A stretch of 64,000 bases of DNA. Source: Candidatus Caldipriscus sp. Its GTDB lineage: Bacteria; Hydrothermota; Hydrothermia; LBFQ01. Positions 9,579 through 18,070 of this stretch are shown here, piece after piece (within the stretch, counting starts at the first letter, position 1; each line of letters opens with the position of its first letter). Position numbers and translations under genes: made by a program. The stretch is taken from contig JBMSAP010000083.1 in NCBI GenBank assembly GCA_049414445.1, forward strand, positions 6,171 through 70,170, read 5' to 3'. The notes under the pieces were generated by a model, which saw only the letters and a program-made list of their open reading frames with translations, was not told the origin of the DNA and searched no databases.

Positions 9579-11183
9579 ATGCTCCTAGCTTTATATCCGG
9601 AGATTAAGGGTTTTATACTTTACGATTCCTTGAGGAGGGGGAATTATGCGTTGTTGAAGGAGATATGCTCGGAAGCTTCCCCCCCTTGCACCTTATCCTG
9701 CAACTTCTTAGCATCCAAAGGTATTAAGGCGGACTATAGTATATGCCCGGAGACACCCGAAGTTTTAAACGCAAAGTTTGAACTTTTTCGGGATACCTCT
9801 TCAATCGTAAAGCTTGCGAAAAAGTACCCCTATTCCCCACACTCCATGAAGGCCCTACCCTTTTTAGATAGACTGGATAGTCTAAGGGTACTTCTTGAAA
9901 TGGGGTTTTACGACAGTGTTTTAAGCCTTGCGGATACAACAAAGCCGGAAGAGTATAAACTATACTTAATAGCAAAGAGCAAGAAGGAACCGTTGAGTTT
10001 CAAAGAGATGGTGCAACTTCCGAAGTGGTACTTGAAAAATTACATATCGAAACCCTTACGTAGGGTTTTAAGCGAGGGAAATTACGATTCCATAGAGGCT
10101 TATTTAAGGGTTTTGGCGGAGATAGACGAGGAAAGGGCTTTTAGACTTATGACGCATGAGGTGGCAAAATTGGAACATAAAACCTTGGGTTATAGGCTTT
10201 ACGGGATATTGAGGGCTTATTTAAAGGAGAACTCAACCCCTTCGGCGTACAATTGGCTTGGACTTTCCGCGTACATTCTCGGTTATATAGAGGAGGCTTA
10301 CAATTTATTTTATAACGCCTATCAAAAAGCGGAAAGGGGAAGTTTTGAGAGGTCAAGGTCCGCCTTTTGGCTATATAAGATAACTAGGGACTCTCAATAT
10401 CTGAAAACTTTAAGGGTTGAAGATCCCATCGGATATTATTCCTTGAGGTTGGGCATAAAGCCAATGTGGGTGGAGGGTGAGGTTTGGGATACCTCAAGCA
10501 GTAAAAGGTTTTACGAGATGGGTAAGATAGTTGAAAGGATAGCGGGGTACAATTACGCGAGGGGGTTTTACCTGAAAGATGTTCCTTCCGCTTATGCCCA
10601 CGCAAAGGACTTGATAAGATCCGGCAATTTTCAAAAAGCTTCCCTCGTTCTTGAGCATATATACAAAGTTTCAAGTAAGGATAAGGGTATCCCGAGGTGG
10701 TGGGGGAAGATGGCTTTCCCTTATGAAAAGAGATTCTTTTCCCATCTCATAGACTCCGCTTCAAAAACTTTTAGGGTGGATCCCTTGCTTTTTGTTTCGA
10801 TTGTTAGGGAAGAAAGTAGGTTTAATCCGAAAACCACTTCACCCGCTGGGGCTATAGGTTTAGCCCAGGTCATGCCCGAAAACGTTAAGGAATTTTCCAA
10901 AACCTTCAAAAAGAGGGTTAAAAACCCCTACGAGCCAAAAATAAACCTTATGATAGGTGCATGGGAAATTTCAAAGTATTTAAACATTTTCCAGGATTAT
11001 TACCTTGCGCTCGCATGTTATAACGCGGGCTGTGGTGCCTTAAACAGGTGGCTTTGTGATTACGAATATGAAAGGTTGGATTTTGATGTCTTTGTTGATG
11101 TGATACCTTACAACGAAACCAGGGCTTACGTAAGGAGGGTTATGAGGAGTTATTGGGTTTATAAAAGCTTATACCTTCCTTAA
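9579..11183 (+). CDS. Lytic murein transglycosylase (Slt family) with an N-terminal helical/superhelical domain
   Basis: 534 aa. SLT catalytic-domain motifs 'ESRFNPKTTSPAGAIGLAQVMP' and 'YNAG' are present. Confidence 0.75.
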   Translation: MLLALYPEIKGFILYDSLRRGNYALLKEICSEASPPCTLSCNFLASKGIKADYSICPETPEVLNAKFELFRDTSSIVKLAKKYPYSPHSMKALPFLDRLDSLRVLLEMGFYDSVLSLADTTKPEEYKLYLIAKSKKEPLSFKEMVQLPKWYLKNYISKPLRRVLSEGNYDSIEAYLRVLAEIDEERAFRLMTHEVAKLEHKTLGYRLYGILRAYLKENSTPSAYNWLGLSAYILGYIEEAYNLFYNAYQKAERGSFERSRSAFWLYKITRDSQYLKTLRVEDPIGYYSLRLGIKPMWVEGEVWDTSSSKRFYEMGKIVERIAGYNYARGFYLKDVPSAYAHAKDLIRSGNFQKASLVLEHIYKVSSKDKGIPRWWGKMAFPYEKRFFSHLIDSASKTFRVDPLLFVSIVREESRFNPKTTSPAGAIGLAQVMPENVKEFSKTFKKRVKNPYEPKINLMIGAWEISKYLNIFQDYYLALACYNAGCGALNRWLCDYEYERLDFDVFVDVIPYNETRAYVRRVMRSYWVYKSLYLP

Positions 11184-11732
11184 CTTTATTAGGGTTTTTG
11201 GATCAGAGGTTATATACTCCCCCATACCCGCGTAAAAAACCGTTCTTTTGTCCTTTAGAAGGATATAATCTCCCTTAACTTCAACGAGGTTTTCATCGTA
11301 ATAAACCCTTTGAATTTCCCCCACTATCAAAGTATGATCACCTAAGGTGAAATGCTCGGTGTAATAGCAGTCAAGGGCGAGAAATGCTCCCTTTATTATC
11401 GGATTGCGCAACGGGGAAAGGGAGAAATCTATGTTAAATTCCTTATATTTGTCTATGAACCTTCCGCTCGTTGAGCCGACCTTTTCCACAAAATCGGAAT
11501 GTTCATAATGGAAATAATGCACAGCAAAGGCCCTTGCCCTTAATATCACATCGTGGCTAAACCTCTTTGGGGATACCGAAATACCGTATAGGGGAGGATC
11601 AAAGGATAGGGGGGTATGCCAAACCAAGCTCATAACCGCTTTATTTTCACCATCGTAAGCGGTGGCTACAACCGCCGACATAGGATAAACCGCGTACAAA
11701 GTTTTGAAATTAAACTTTTCCAGAACTTTCAT
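11169..11732 (-). CDS. Flavin reductase-like FMN-binding domain protein
   Basis: 187 aa. Flavin_Reduct family pattern ('MSAVVATAYDGENKAVMSLVWHTPLSFDPPLYGISV...'). Converges on and overlaps the Slt gene by 15 nt. Confidence 0.6.
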   Translation of the reverse strand: MKVLEKFNFKTLYAVYPMSAVVATAYDGENKAVMSLVWHTPLSFDPPLYGISVSPKRFSHDVILRARAFAVHYFHYEHSDFVEKVGSTSGRFIDKYKEFNIDFSLSPLRNPIIKGAFLALDCYYTEHFTLGDHTLIVGEIQRVYYDENLVEVKGDYILLKDKRTVFYAGMGEYITSDPKTLIKLRKV

Positions 11733-12876
11733 AAGAGGGAATTTTAAGTTTGCCCTTTAGGATAATATACCAAACTAAAGGTCCCATAAACCTCGTGAAA
11801 AAGACGGGGGGATGTAGGAGGCTCATAAAAATAGAAAGGGTGAAAATGGAAATGCCCAATTTATCACCCGAAGAAATCAGAATTACAGTTAAAAATCCGA
11901 AAAATATAATAAGGGAGAGTAAGCCAACTATGCCTGTCTCCGCAAGGAAACCAAAAATAAAATTGTGTGCATCCCTTTGGGGAATCGCGGCGGAACACTG
12001 AGCATTATTCAGTTCGCCTTTTTTACACATCTCCCTAACAACAACGTTAAAGTTCCCCAAACCTACACCTGTTATCGGGTTCTTGGAAAACATTTTCAGG
12101 GAAGCCTCAATCAATCTTACCCTATCAAGGTCGTATATCCTCACGAGATTTATATCGGCTGCAGGAGCTGAGAGTAAAGTTTTCTTATTTATAAATTCGC
12201 AAATGCTTGAACTTTTATAAATTTGTATAAAGTTCGGCATAGAGAAGGAAAGGAGGAGGGGTAAAAACGCAAAAAGGGCGAATTTTGGTCTTTTTTCAAG
12301 AAAAGAAAAAACAAGAACAGAAATGAACAAACCCAATAAGGACGCCCTCGAAAACGTTAGTGAAGACATAAAGGAGAAGAAGAGAAAGAGGGGGAGATTT
12401 TTTAAGTTCAAAACCGCAAATAAGGCGAAGATAAAACCTAAAGCGTTGGGATGGATCTCAAAGGCGGACAATCTCACGGGTTTTGGAATGCAAAATAAGG
12501 GAAAAGAATAAAGGAGGAAGATGATGGAAATTAATGTAAAGGCAGGTTTTATATCCTCCAATATGTCGCGTTTAATGGTAAAGGTTAAGGGTATAAGGAG
12601 GGTATATGCGGAAAATTGAATGAGGTTTTTGAGAACCTCAAACTTATCTGGGGCACCGAAAATGGAAAGGGAAATGGAAAAAAGAAAGTATAAAGCGAAC
12701 AAGTAATATTTTCCGTTTCCCTTAAAAAATAGAACCATAACACCCGGATTCTTAATAAGGGAAAGGAGAGCGAGGGAAATCAAGAAAATATCAAAAGGAT
12801 TTACAAGGCTCCTTCCGAGAAGGAAAAGTCCAAAGGCGAAGGCTAAAATGGTTCCAGTACGGAGAATCTTGTCCAT
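11710..12876 (-). CDS. O-antigen ligase-like (Wzy_C domain) polytopic membrane protein
   Basis: 388 aa with many TM helices. Wzy_C signatures 'NPITGVGLGNF' and 'AHNFIFGFLAETGIVGLL' (the H-N-x-[FY] motif typical of WaaL/O-antigen polymerase-ligase). Confidence 0.55.
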   Translation of the reverse strand: MDKILRTGTILAFAFGLFLLGRSLVNPFDIFLISLALLSLIKNPGVMVLFFKGNGKYYLFALYFLFSISLSIFGAPDKFEVLKNLIQFSAYTLLIPLTFTIKRDILEDIKPAFTLISIIFLLYSFPLFCIPKPVRLSAFEIHPNALGFIFALFAVLNLKNLPLFLFFSFMSSLTFSRASLLGLFISVLVFSFLEKRPKFALFAFLPLLLSFSMPNFIQIYKSSSICEFINKKTLLSAPAADINLVRIYDLDRVRLIEASLKMFSKNPITGVGLGNFNVVVREMCKKGELNNAQCSAAIPQRDAHNFIFGFLAETGIVGLLSLIIFFGFLTVILISSGDKLGISIFTLSIFMSLLHPPVFFTRFMGPLVWYIILKGKLKIPSYESSGKV

Positions 12877-13517
12877 ATTTCATACCTCCAAAAGGGCTTA
12901 ATATCTAAGGAAACGAAAGGTGGGTTTACCTTTATTTCCCTTACCTCTCCCACCTCTACGCCCGGATGCTCCAAAAGATAAACCGTATCCCCCACCTTAA
13001 CATCCGCACCGTATGGGATAAAAGCTATTTTCGGAATATTCCCACCCTTAATTATCCCCATAACCATAGATCTTGCGATAAAAACCTTTGAGTGGAAATC
13101 GGGGGAGTGCAAGGTCAATACTTCGGCGAATTTTCCCCTTGAAGATATTACAAAACCCACGAGTCCCACCGCCCACACTATGTCCCCTTCCTTAACATCC
13201 CCTTCGCACCTTATCTTTATGAAGGATGGGTAAGGTTCGGAGCTTGAGGATACGAAATCACACAGGGATTTAAACCTAACTGGGTAGTAATTTGCTGTAT
13301 CCGTAGGGAAAACAACTATGACTTGCGATTTTTCCCTTAAAAGTTCATCCCTCTGAGCCTTAAGCCTGATTATACCTTCAAATTCGTTTCTTAGAAAGAA
13401 TGCGGGGTAAAATATCGGGTTTATTATCCCGTATAAGAAATTTTTCGTCAGGGGGAACAGGAAGAGTAGGGAGAAGAGGAGGGCTAAGATCTCATCCTCG
13501 TAGAGCGAAAATCTCAT
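12843..13517 (-). CDS. mreC: Rod shape-determining protein MreC
   Basis: 224 aa. N-terminal TM segment, a short coiled-coil ('RLKAQRDELLREKSQ'), and the beta-rich domain 'GDIVWAVGLVGFVISSRGKFAEVLTLHSPDF'. Lies immediately downstream of mreB. Confidence 0.65.
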   Translation of the reverse strand: MRFSLYEDEILALLFSLLFLFPLTKNFLYGIINPIFYPAFFLRNEFEGIIRLKAQRDELLREKSQVIVVFPTDTANYYPVRFKSLCDFVSSSSEPYPSFIKIRCEGDVKEGDIVWAVGLVGFVISSRGKFAEVLTLHSPDFHSKVFIARSMVMGIIKGGNIPKIAFIPYGADVKVGDTVYLLEHPGVEVGEVREIKVNPPFVSLDIKPFWRYEIWTRFSVLEPF

Positions 13518-14557
13518 CCGAGTTTTTGGGTATGTAATACCAATTTGTAATATTGTGTATTCCCATTTTCTATTTCTTCAAGAACCTTACCCGCCCCAGA
13601 TATAACGCTTTCATAGGGATTGCTTGCCCTTATGAACTTTATACCCGTTTCCTTCTCAAGCCTCTTATCCAAACCCCTTATCGTTGAACCACCACCCGTC
13701 AGGTATATTCCCTCATCCAAAACATCTTGAACTAAAGAAGGACTCGCGCTCTCCAACACCTTCCTTATAGCGTTCACAAGTTCGTTTATAACTCCCTCCA
13801 AAGCTTCCTTTATATGATCGGATGTGATCAAAACTTCCTTTGGCTTTCTCTGATATACATCCCAACCCTGTATGACCATTTCCATCTTGTTTTCTCCGCA
13901 CACATCGCCTATCTCTATCTTTATCTTCTCTGCATAGTATTCATCTATAAGTATGTTGAAATTTTTGCGGATATAGTCCGCTATTGCCTCATCCATCTCA
14001 TCCCCTGCGGTCTTTATGGGGTATTTATATACCACACCCCCAAGGGATACAAGAGCTATTTCGGACGTTCCACCCCCTATGTCCACTATAAGGTATCCTT
14101 TGGGATCAAACACTTGCAGACCTATACCTATTGCGGATGCTACAGGTTCCTCTATTAAATACACCTGACTCGCCCCTATGGATTTTGCCGCATCTATGGA
14201 AGCCTTCCTCTCAACGTCGTTTGCACCCGACGGTACCGCCATAATAATGGTAGGATTTGAGAATACATTTTTTATCGCCTTCTTTTTAAACTCGTAAAGC
14301 ATATACTGCACAAGCTCAAGGTTGTTTATAACACCATCCCTTATAGGCCTTTTAACTATAAGGCCCTCGTGGGCTTTTCCAAGCATCCTCTTTGCCTCCC
14401 AACCTACAGCAACCACCTTCCTCGTATTGGCATCAATTGCTATTACCGATGGTTCCCTTAAAACTATACCTTTACCCTTCAGGTAAATTAAAGTGGTTGA
14501 TGTTCCAAGATCCACCGCTATGGCGGGTCTAAAAAAGTTTATTAAGGATTTTATCAT
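13514..14557 (-). CDS. mreB: Rod shape-determining actin homologue MreB
   Basis: 347 aa. Actin-fold phosphate 1 'AVDLGTSTTLIY', phosphate 2 'DIGGGTSEIA', adenosine motif. Full-length alignment with MreB. Confidence 0.9.
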   Translation of the reverse strand: MIKSLINFFRPAIAVDLGTSTTLIYLKGKGIVLREPSVIAIDANTRKVVAVGWEAKRMLGKAHEGLIVKRPIRDGVINNLELVQYMLYEFKKKAIKNVFSNPTIIMAVPSGANDVERKASIDAAKSIGASQVYLIEEPVASAIGIGLQVFDPKGYLIVDIGGGTSEIALVSLGGVVYKYPIKTAGDEMDEAIADYIRKNFNILIDEYYAEKIKIEIGDVCGENKMEMVIQGWDVYQRKPKEVLITSDHIKEALEGVINELVNAIRKVLESASPSLVQDVLDEGIYLTGGGSTIRGLDKRLEKETGIKFIRASNPYESVISGAGKVLEEIENGNTQYYKLVLHTQKLG

Positions 14558-15771
14558 AGATTTATGAGAAGTAAGTCAGGGTTCTCTATGAGTGCTTTAA
14601 GGTCATTTAGGAACCTCGCGGCGTGCGCCCCATCCACAGCCCTATGATCAAATGTTATAACTATGGTCGCAATATATCTTGGTTTTGTTTCATCTCCTAC
14701 AAAAAATGGTACTTTTCTGGGCCTCGGGAGAGCAATTATTGCTATCTCTGGGTAGTTTATAACCGGGTACGCGAAAACCCCACCTATGGAGCCTATGTTG
14801 GATACCGAAAAGGTCCCATCCCTAATATCCTCCAGCTTTAACGTGTTGTTCCTGGCTTTTTCCGCGAGCTCTTTAACCTCCCTTGCTATTTCCAAAATTG
14901 ACTTCCTTTCTACGTTTTTTATGACGGGAACCTTTAGACCTTCCGGGGTATCCACCGCTATGGATATGTTTATACTATCGTAAAGCAATATTTCACCCCT
15001 CTCGTCGTCCACCCTACCGTTAAACTCGGGATGTTTCTTTAAAGTTGCAGCCACAGCCTTTAAGAATAAGTGGAATATGGATATTTTTACCCCTTCCCTT
15101 TCGCCCAAGGGTTTTAATCTCTCCACGAGGTTTAGGATCTCGGTAAAGTCCATATCCTCGGCGTGGAAAGCATGTACAGCATGCTCCTTTGATTTCCTCA
15201 GATGCTCTGCTATAGCCCTCCTTACGCCCCTGAAAGGTATCCTCCTTATCCCCACCTCCTCTACCTTTTGCACGGATACTTCTTCAATTACCTTAACTTC
15301 CTTCTTACTCTCCTCATAATACCTTAAGACATCCACCTTCCTTACCCTACCGCCCGGACCTGTACCCTTTACTAGGGAGAGGTCTATCCCAAGGCTCCTT
15401 GCAAACTTCCTAACCGCGGGTGCCGCCAGAACCCTTTCAGATCTCTTAACGGTTTTCTCCCTTAAATCTTCCACTTTCTCTATCCTTTCTTCAGTCTTCT
15501 TTTCCACAATTTCAACATGACCATCCACCTCACCTTCCTCGGCATATACGAGGATGGGTTGATGGACCCTAACTACATCCCCCTCCTTGGCCAAGATCTT
15601 GAGGATCTTACCTTTAAACGGTGAAGGGATCTCCACCGTGACCTTATCGGTTATGACTTCAACCAAAGGCTGTTCCTTCTCTACCTCATCCCCTTCTTTC
15701 ACCAACCATTTTGAGATCTCACCTTCCACCACACTTTCCGCTATTTCGGGAAGGTGAAACTCCTTAGGCAT
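14554..15771 (-). CDS. Dihydrolipoamide acyltransferase (E2 component of a 2-oxoacid dehydrogenase complex)
   Basis: 405 aa. N-terminal lipoyl domain with the lipoyl-Lys motif 'EVITDKVTVEIPSP', a peripheral subunit-binding domain, and the C-terminal catalytic domain 'DHRAVDGAHAARFLNDLK'. Confidence 0.85.
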   Translation of the reverse strand: MPKEFHLPEIAESVVEGEISKWLVKEGDEVEKEQPLVEVITDKVTVEIPSPFKGKILKILAKEGDVVRVHQPILVYAEEGEVDGHVEIVEKKTEERIEKVEDLREKTVKRSERVLAAPAVRKFARSLGIDLSLVKGTGPGGRVRKVDVLRYYEESKKEVKVIEEVSVQKVEEVGIRRIPFRGVRRAIAEHLRKSKEHAVHAFHAEDMDFTEILNLVERLKPLGEREGVKISIFHLFLKAVAATLKKHPEFNGRVDDERGEILLYDSINISIAVDTPEGLKVPVIKNVERKSILEIAREVKELAEKARNNTLKLEDIRDGTFSVSNIGSIGGVFAYPVINYPEIAIIALPRPRKVPFFVGDETKPRYIATIVITFDHRAVDGAHAARFLNDLKALIENPDLLLINL

Positions 15772-15949
15772 CTATTTCCTCCACCTCAACGATAGACCCT
15801 AACTTTGCTATCTGCCCCCTTATGGAAGGTGTATCCTTGTGTATTACCGTTTGTCCCCTCTTCCTCAAGCCCAAAGACTTAATTATCCTCTTGGTCTTTG
15901 CGCTTTTATCAATTGGACTCTTCTTCAACGTTATTTTCAACATTTTCAT
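15764..15949 (-). CDS. rpmD: 50S ribosomal protein L30
   Basis: 61 aa; 'MKMLKITLKKSPIDKSAKTKRIIKSLGLRKRGQTV' fits the L30 consensus (K.LKITL..S.IG...K...LGL). Overlaps the rpsE 3' end. Confidence 0.75.
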   Translation of the reverse strand: MKMLKITLKKSPIDKSAKTKRIIKSLGLRKRGQTVIHKDTPSIRGQIAKLGSIVEVEEIDA

Positions 15950-16418
15950 TTCTCTCCCTCCATTTTCCCCTTGCTCTTAAAATTTCCTCGGGTGACCTCA
16001 TAAGTTGGAGCGCTTTCATAGTTGCATACATGGCGTTGATAGGATTTGTGGAACCTATTAGCTTTGTGAGTACGTTCCTGTAACCCGCAGCCTCTAGGAT
16101 CGCTCGGACTGGTCGGGATGCTATGATACCCGTACCCGGCGATGCGGGCTTTATCAGGAGTTTTGTGGCCTTAAATTTTACCATTATATCGTGAGGTACC
16201 GTATCCCTGACAATTATCACATCTATCATCCTTTTCTTTGCCCTCCTTGTGGCCTTTTGCACTGCATCGGGGGTTTCCTGGGCCTTTCCGTGTCCCAAAC
16301 CCACCTTCCCTTTACCGTTTCCTACAACCACCCAAGCGTCTATATGGAACTTCCTTCCGCCAGCTGTCATCTTTGCGGTTCTTCTGACAAGCACCGTATA
16401 TTCAACCAGTTCTTCCAT
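15909..16418 (-). CDS. rpsE: 30S ribosomal protein S5
   Basis: 169 aa. dsRBD-like N-terminal domain and 'GRKFHIDAWVVVGNGKGKVGLGHGKAQE' S5 signature. Confidence 0.9.
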   Translation of the reverse strand: MEELVEYTVLVRRTAKMTAGGRKFHIDAWVVVGNGKGKVGLGHGKAQETPDAVQKATRRAKKRMIDVIIVRDTVPHDIMVKFKATKLLIKPASPGTGIIASRPVRAILEAAGYRNVLTKLIGSTNPINAMYATMKALQLMRSPEEILRARGKWRERNENVENNVEEESN

Positions 16419-16428
16419 ATTTCACCTC

Positions 16429-16824
16429 CTAAAATTCCAAACCACCTTCCCTTGCGCCATCAGCCAAAGCCTTAATCTTCCCGTGATACTTATAACCCGC
16501 CCTATCAAAAACAACCTTCGTAATTCCAAATTTCTTTGCCCTTTCCGCGATGAGCCTTCCAACTTCCTTTGCCTTATCAATTCCTTTTAGGTTTACGATC
16601 TTTTCCCTTATTTCAGGCGAAAGGGTAGAAGCGGATGTTATAATCTTGCAAGGTCCAAATGGATAGTCTATCACAAGCTGGGCGTATATGTGTTTGTTGG
16701 ATTTGAATACGACGAGCCTGGGCCTTTCTGGGGTCCCCACCACCTTTTTCCTTACCCTTAAGTGCCTCCTCTTTCTCCTTTTTAGCCTGTATTCTGTTTT
16801 GTTCCTTTCCGATACGTAGTTCAT
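16429..16824 (-). CDS. rplR: 50S ribosomal protein L18
   Basis: 131 aa. C-terminal '[29 protein letters not shown]' L18 signature. Confidence 0.85.
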   Translation of the reverse strand: MNYVSERNKTEYRLKRRKRRHLRVRKKVVGTPERPRLVVFKSNKHIYAQLVIDYPFGPCKIITSASTLSPEIREKIVNLKGIDKAKEVGRLIAERAKKFGITKVVFDRAGYKYHGKIKALADGAREGGLEF

Positions 16825-16835
16825 CCCTCACCCCC

Positions 16836-17447
16836 TTACTTAGCCTTTGTCTTCTTTGTAGGCTTAAGGATGATAACCTCGTCCGCATATCTGATACCCT
16901 TACCGGTGTAGATATTCGGTTCCCTTATGGACCTTATCTGAGCCGCAACCAGACCCACGAGCTCCTTGCTAGTTCCTGATACAATTACCGTATCCTGCCC
17001 CTGAACTTCAACCTTTACATACTTTTTATATTCCTCCGGAAGGGCATATTCCACCAGATGAGAATAACCCACGTTGAATATCAGCTTCTCCCCCTCCTTC
17101 CTCACCCTATAACCCGTCCCCACAACCTTCAGCTCCTTTTTGTAACCCTCAACCACCCCTATTATCGCGTTTCTTAAAAGCCTATAAATTGTTCCCGGAA
17201 GGGCCTTTCCGAGATTGCGATCGGATTTTGGAAGTTTCTTAACATCTACGGGCTTAACGTCGATCTTACCATCTTCTAGGGCAACTTCGATAATGGGAGG
17301 AACAAAGACCTCAACCTCCCCCTTGGGACCCTTGAACTTAAACACCTTTCCCTTTACGTCTGTACCCTTAAATTTTCCCATTCCCTCAACGACTTCGACC
17401 TTAACGGACTGAGGGATCTCCAAAGGTTTCTTTATAAGCCTTGACAT
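16836..17447 (-). CDS. rplF: 50S ribosomal protein L6
   Basis: 203 aa. 'MSRLIKKPLEIPQSVKVEV' N-terminus and the duplicated L6 alpha/beta domains. Confidence 0.9.
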   Translation of the reverse strand: MSRLIKKPLEIPQSVKVEVVEGMGKFKGTDVKGKVFKFKGPKGEVEVFVPPIIEVALEDGKIDVKPVDVKKLPKSDRNLGKALPGTIYRLLRNAIIGVVEGYKKELKVVGTGYRVRKEGEKLIFNVGYSHLVEYALPEEYKKYVKVEVQGQDTVIVSGTSKELVGLVAAQIRSIREPNIYTGKGIRYADEVIILKPTKKTKAK

Positions 17448-17456
17448 TTTTACCCC

Positions 17457-17852
17457 CTAGAATACCTTACATATAAGCTCACCGCCTACGCGTAGTTTCT
17501 TGGCTTCCCTATCGGATAGAACACCCTTGGGAGTTGAGAGGATGGCGATTCCCAATCCGTTATACACCTTGGGGATCTCGTCAACACCCACGTAGATCCT
17601 CCTTCCGGGTTTTGAAACCCTTTCAATCACCTGTATTACGGGCTTTCCCTGATAATATTTCAGATAAACGATGATCTTCTTTTTTACCCCTTCACCCTCA
17701 ACCCTATACCCCTCTATATAACCCTCCCTTTTTAGGACGTCAAGAATTGCCATTTTAAGCTTTGAGGCGGGTTCCACAACCACCTCTTTCTTTTTCGCCA
17801 TAATAGCGTTCCTTATTCTTGTCAGCATATCTCCTATGGGATCCGTAAGCAT
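17457..17852 (-). CDS. rpsH: 30S ribosomal protein S8
   Basis: 131 aa. '[16 protein letters not shown]' canonical S8 N-terminus. Confidence 0.9.
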   Translation of the reverse strand: MLTDPIGDMLTRIRNAIMAKKKEVVVEPASKLKMAILDVLKREGYIEGYRVEGEGVKKKIIVYLKYYQGKPVIQVIERVSKPGRRIYVGVDEIPKVYNGLGIAILSTPKGVLSDREAKKLRVGGELICKVF

Positions 17853-17862
17853 ATCTCCCCCC

Positions 17863-18048
17863 TTACCAGGATGCCTTTATGACTCCGGGTAGTTTTCCCT
17901 CAAGAGCGAGCTCACGGAAACAAATCCTACAGATGCCAAACTGCCTGAAAAACCCATGGTCCCTACCGCATATCAAACACCTATTTCTCTTTCTGGTCTT
18001 GTACTTGGGTTTCTTCTTCATCTTCTCAAGTTGCGCCTTCGTAGCCAT
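17863..18048 (-). CDS. rpsZ: 30S ribosomal protein S14, zinc-binding type Z
   Basis: 61 aa with a CxxC...CxxC zinc ribbon ('[28 protein letters not shown]'). Starts 22 nt after the rpoC stop. Confidence 0.85.
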   Translation of the reverse strand: MATKAQLEKMKKKPKYKTRKRNRCLICGRDHGFFRQFGICRICFRELALEGKLPGVIKASW

Positions 18049-18070
18049 AGTTTGCTATTCTAAAGTTGAA

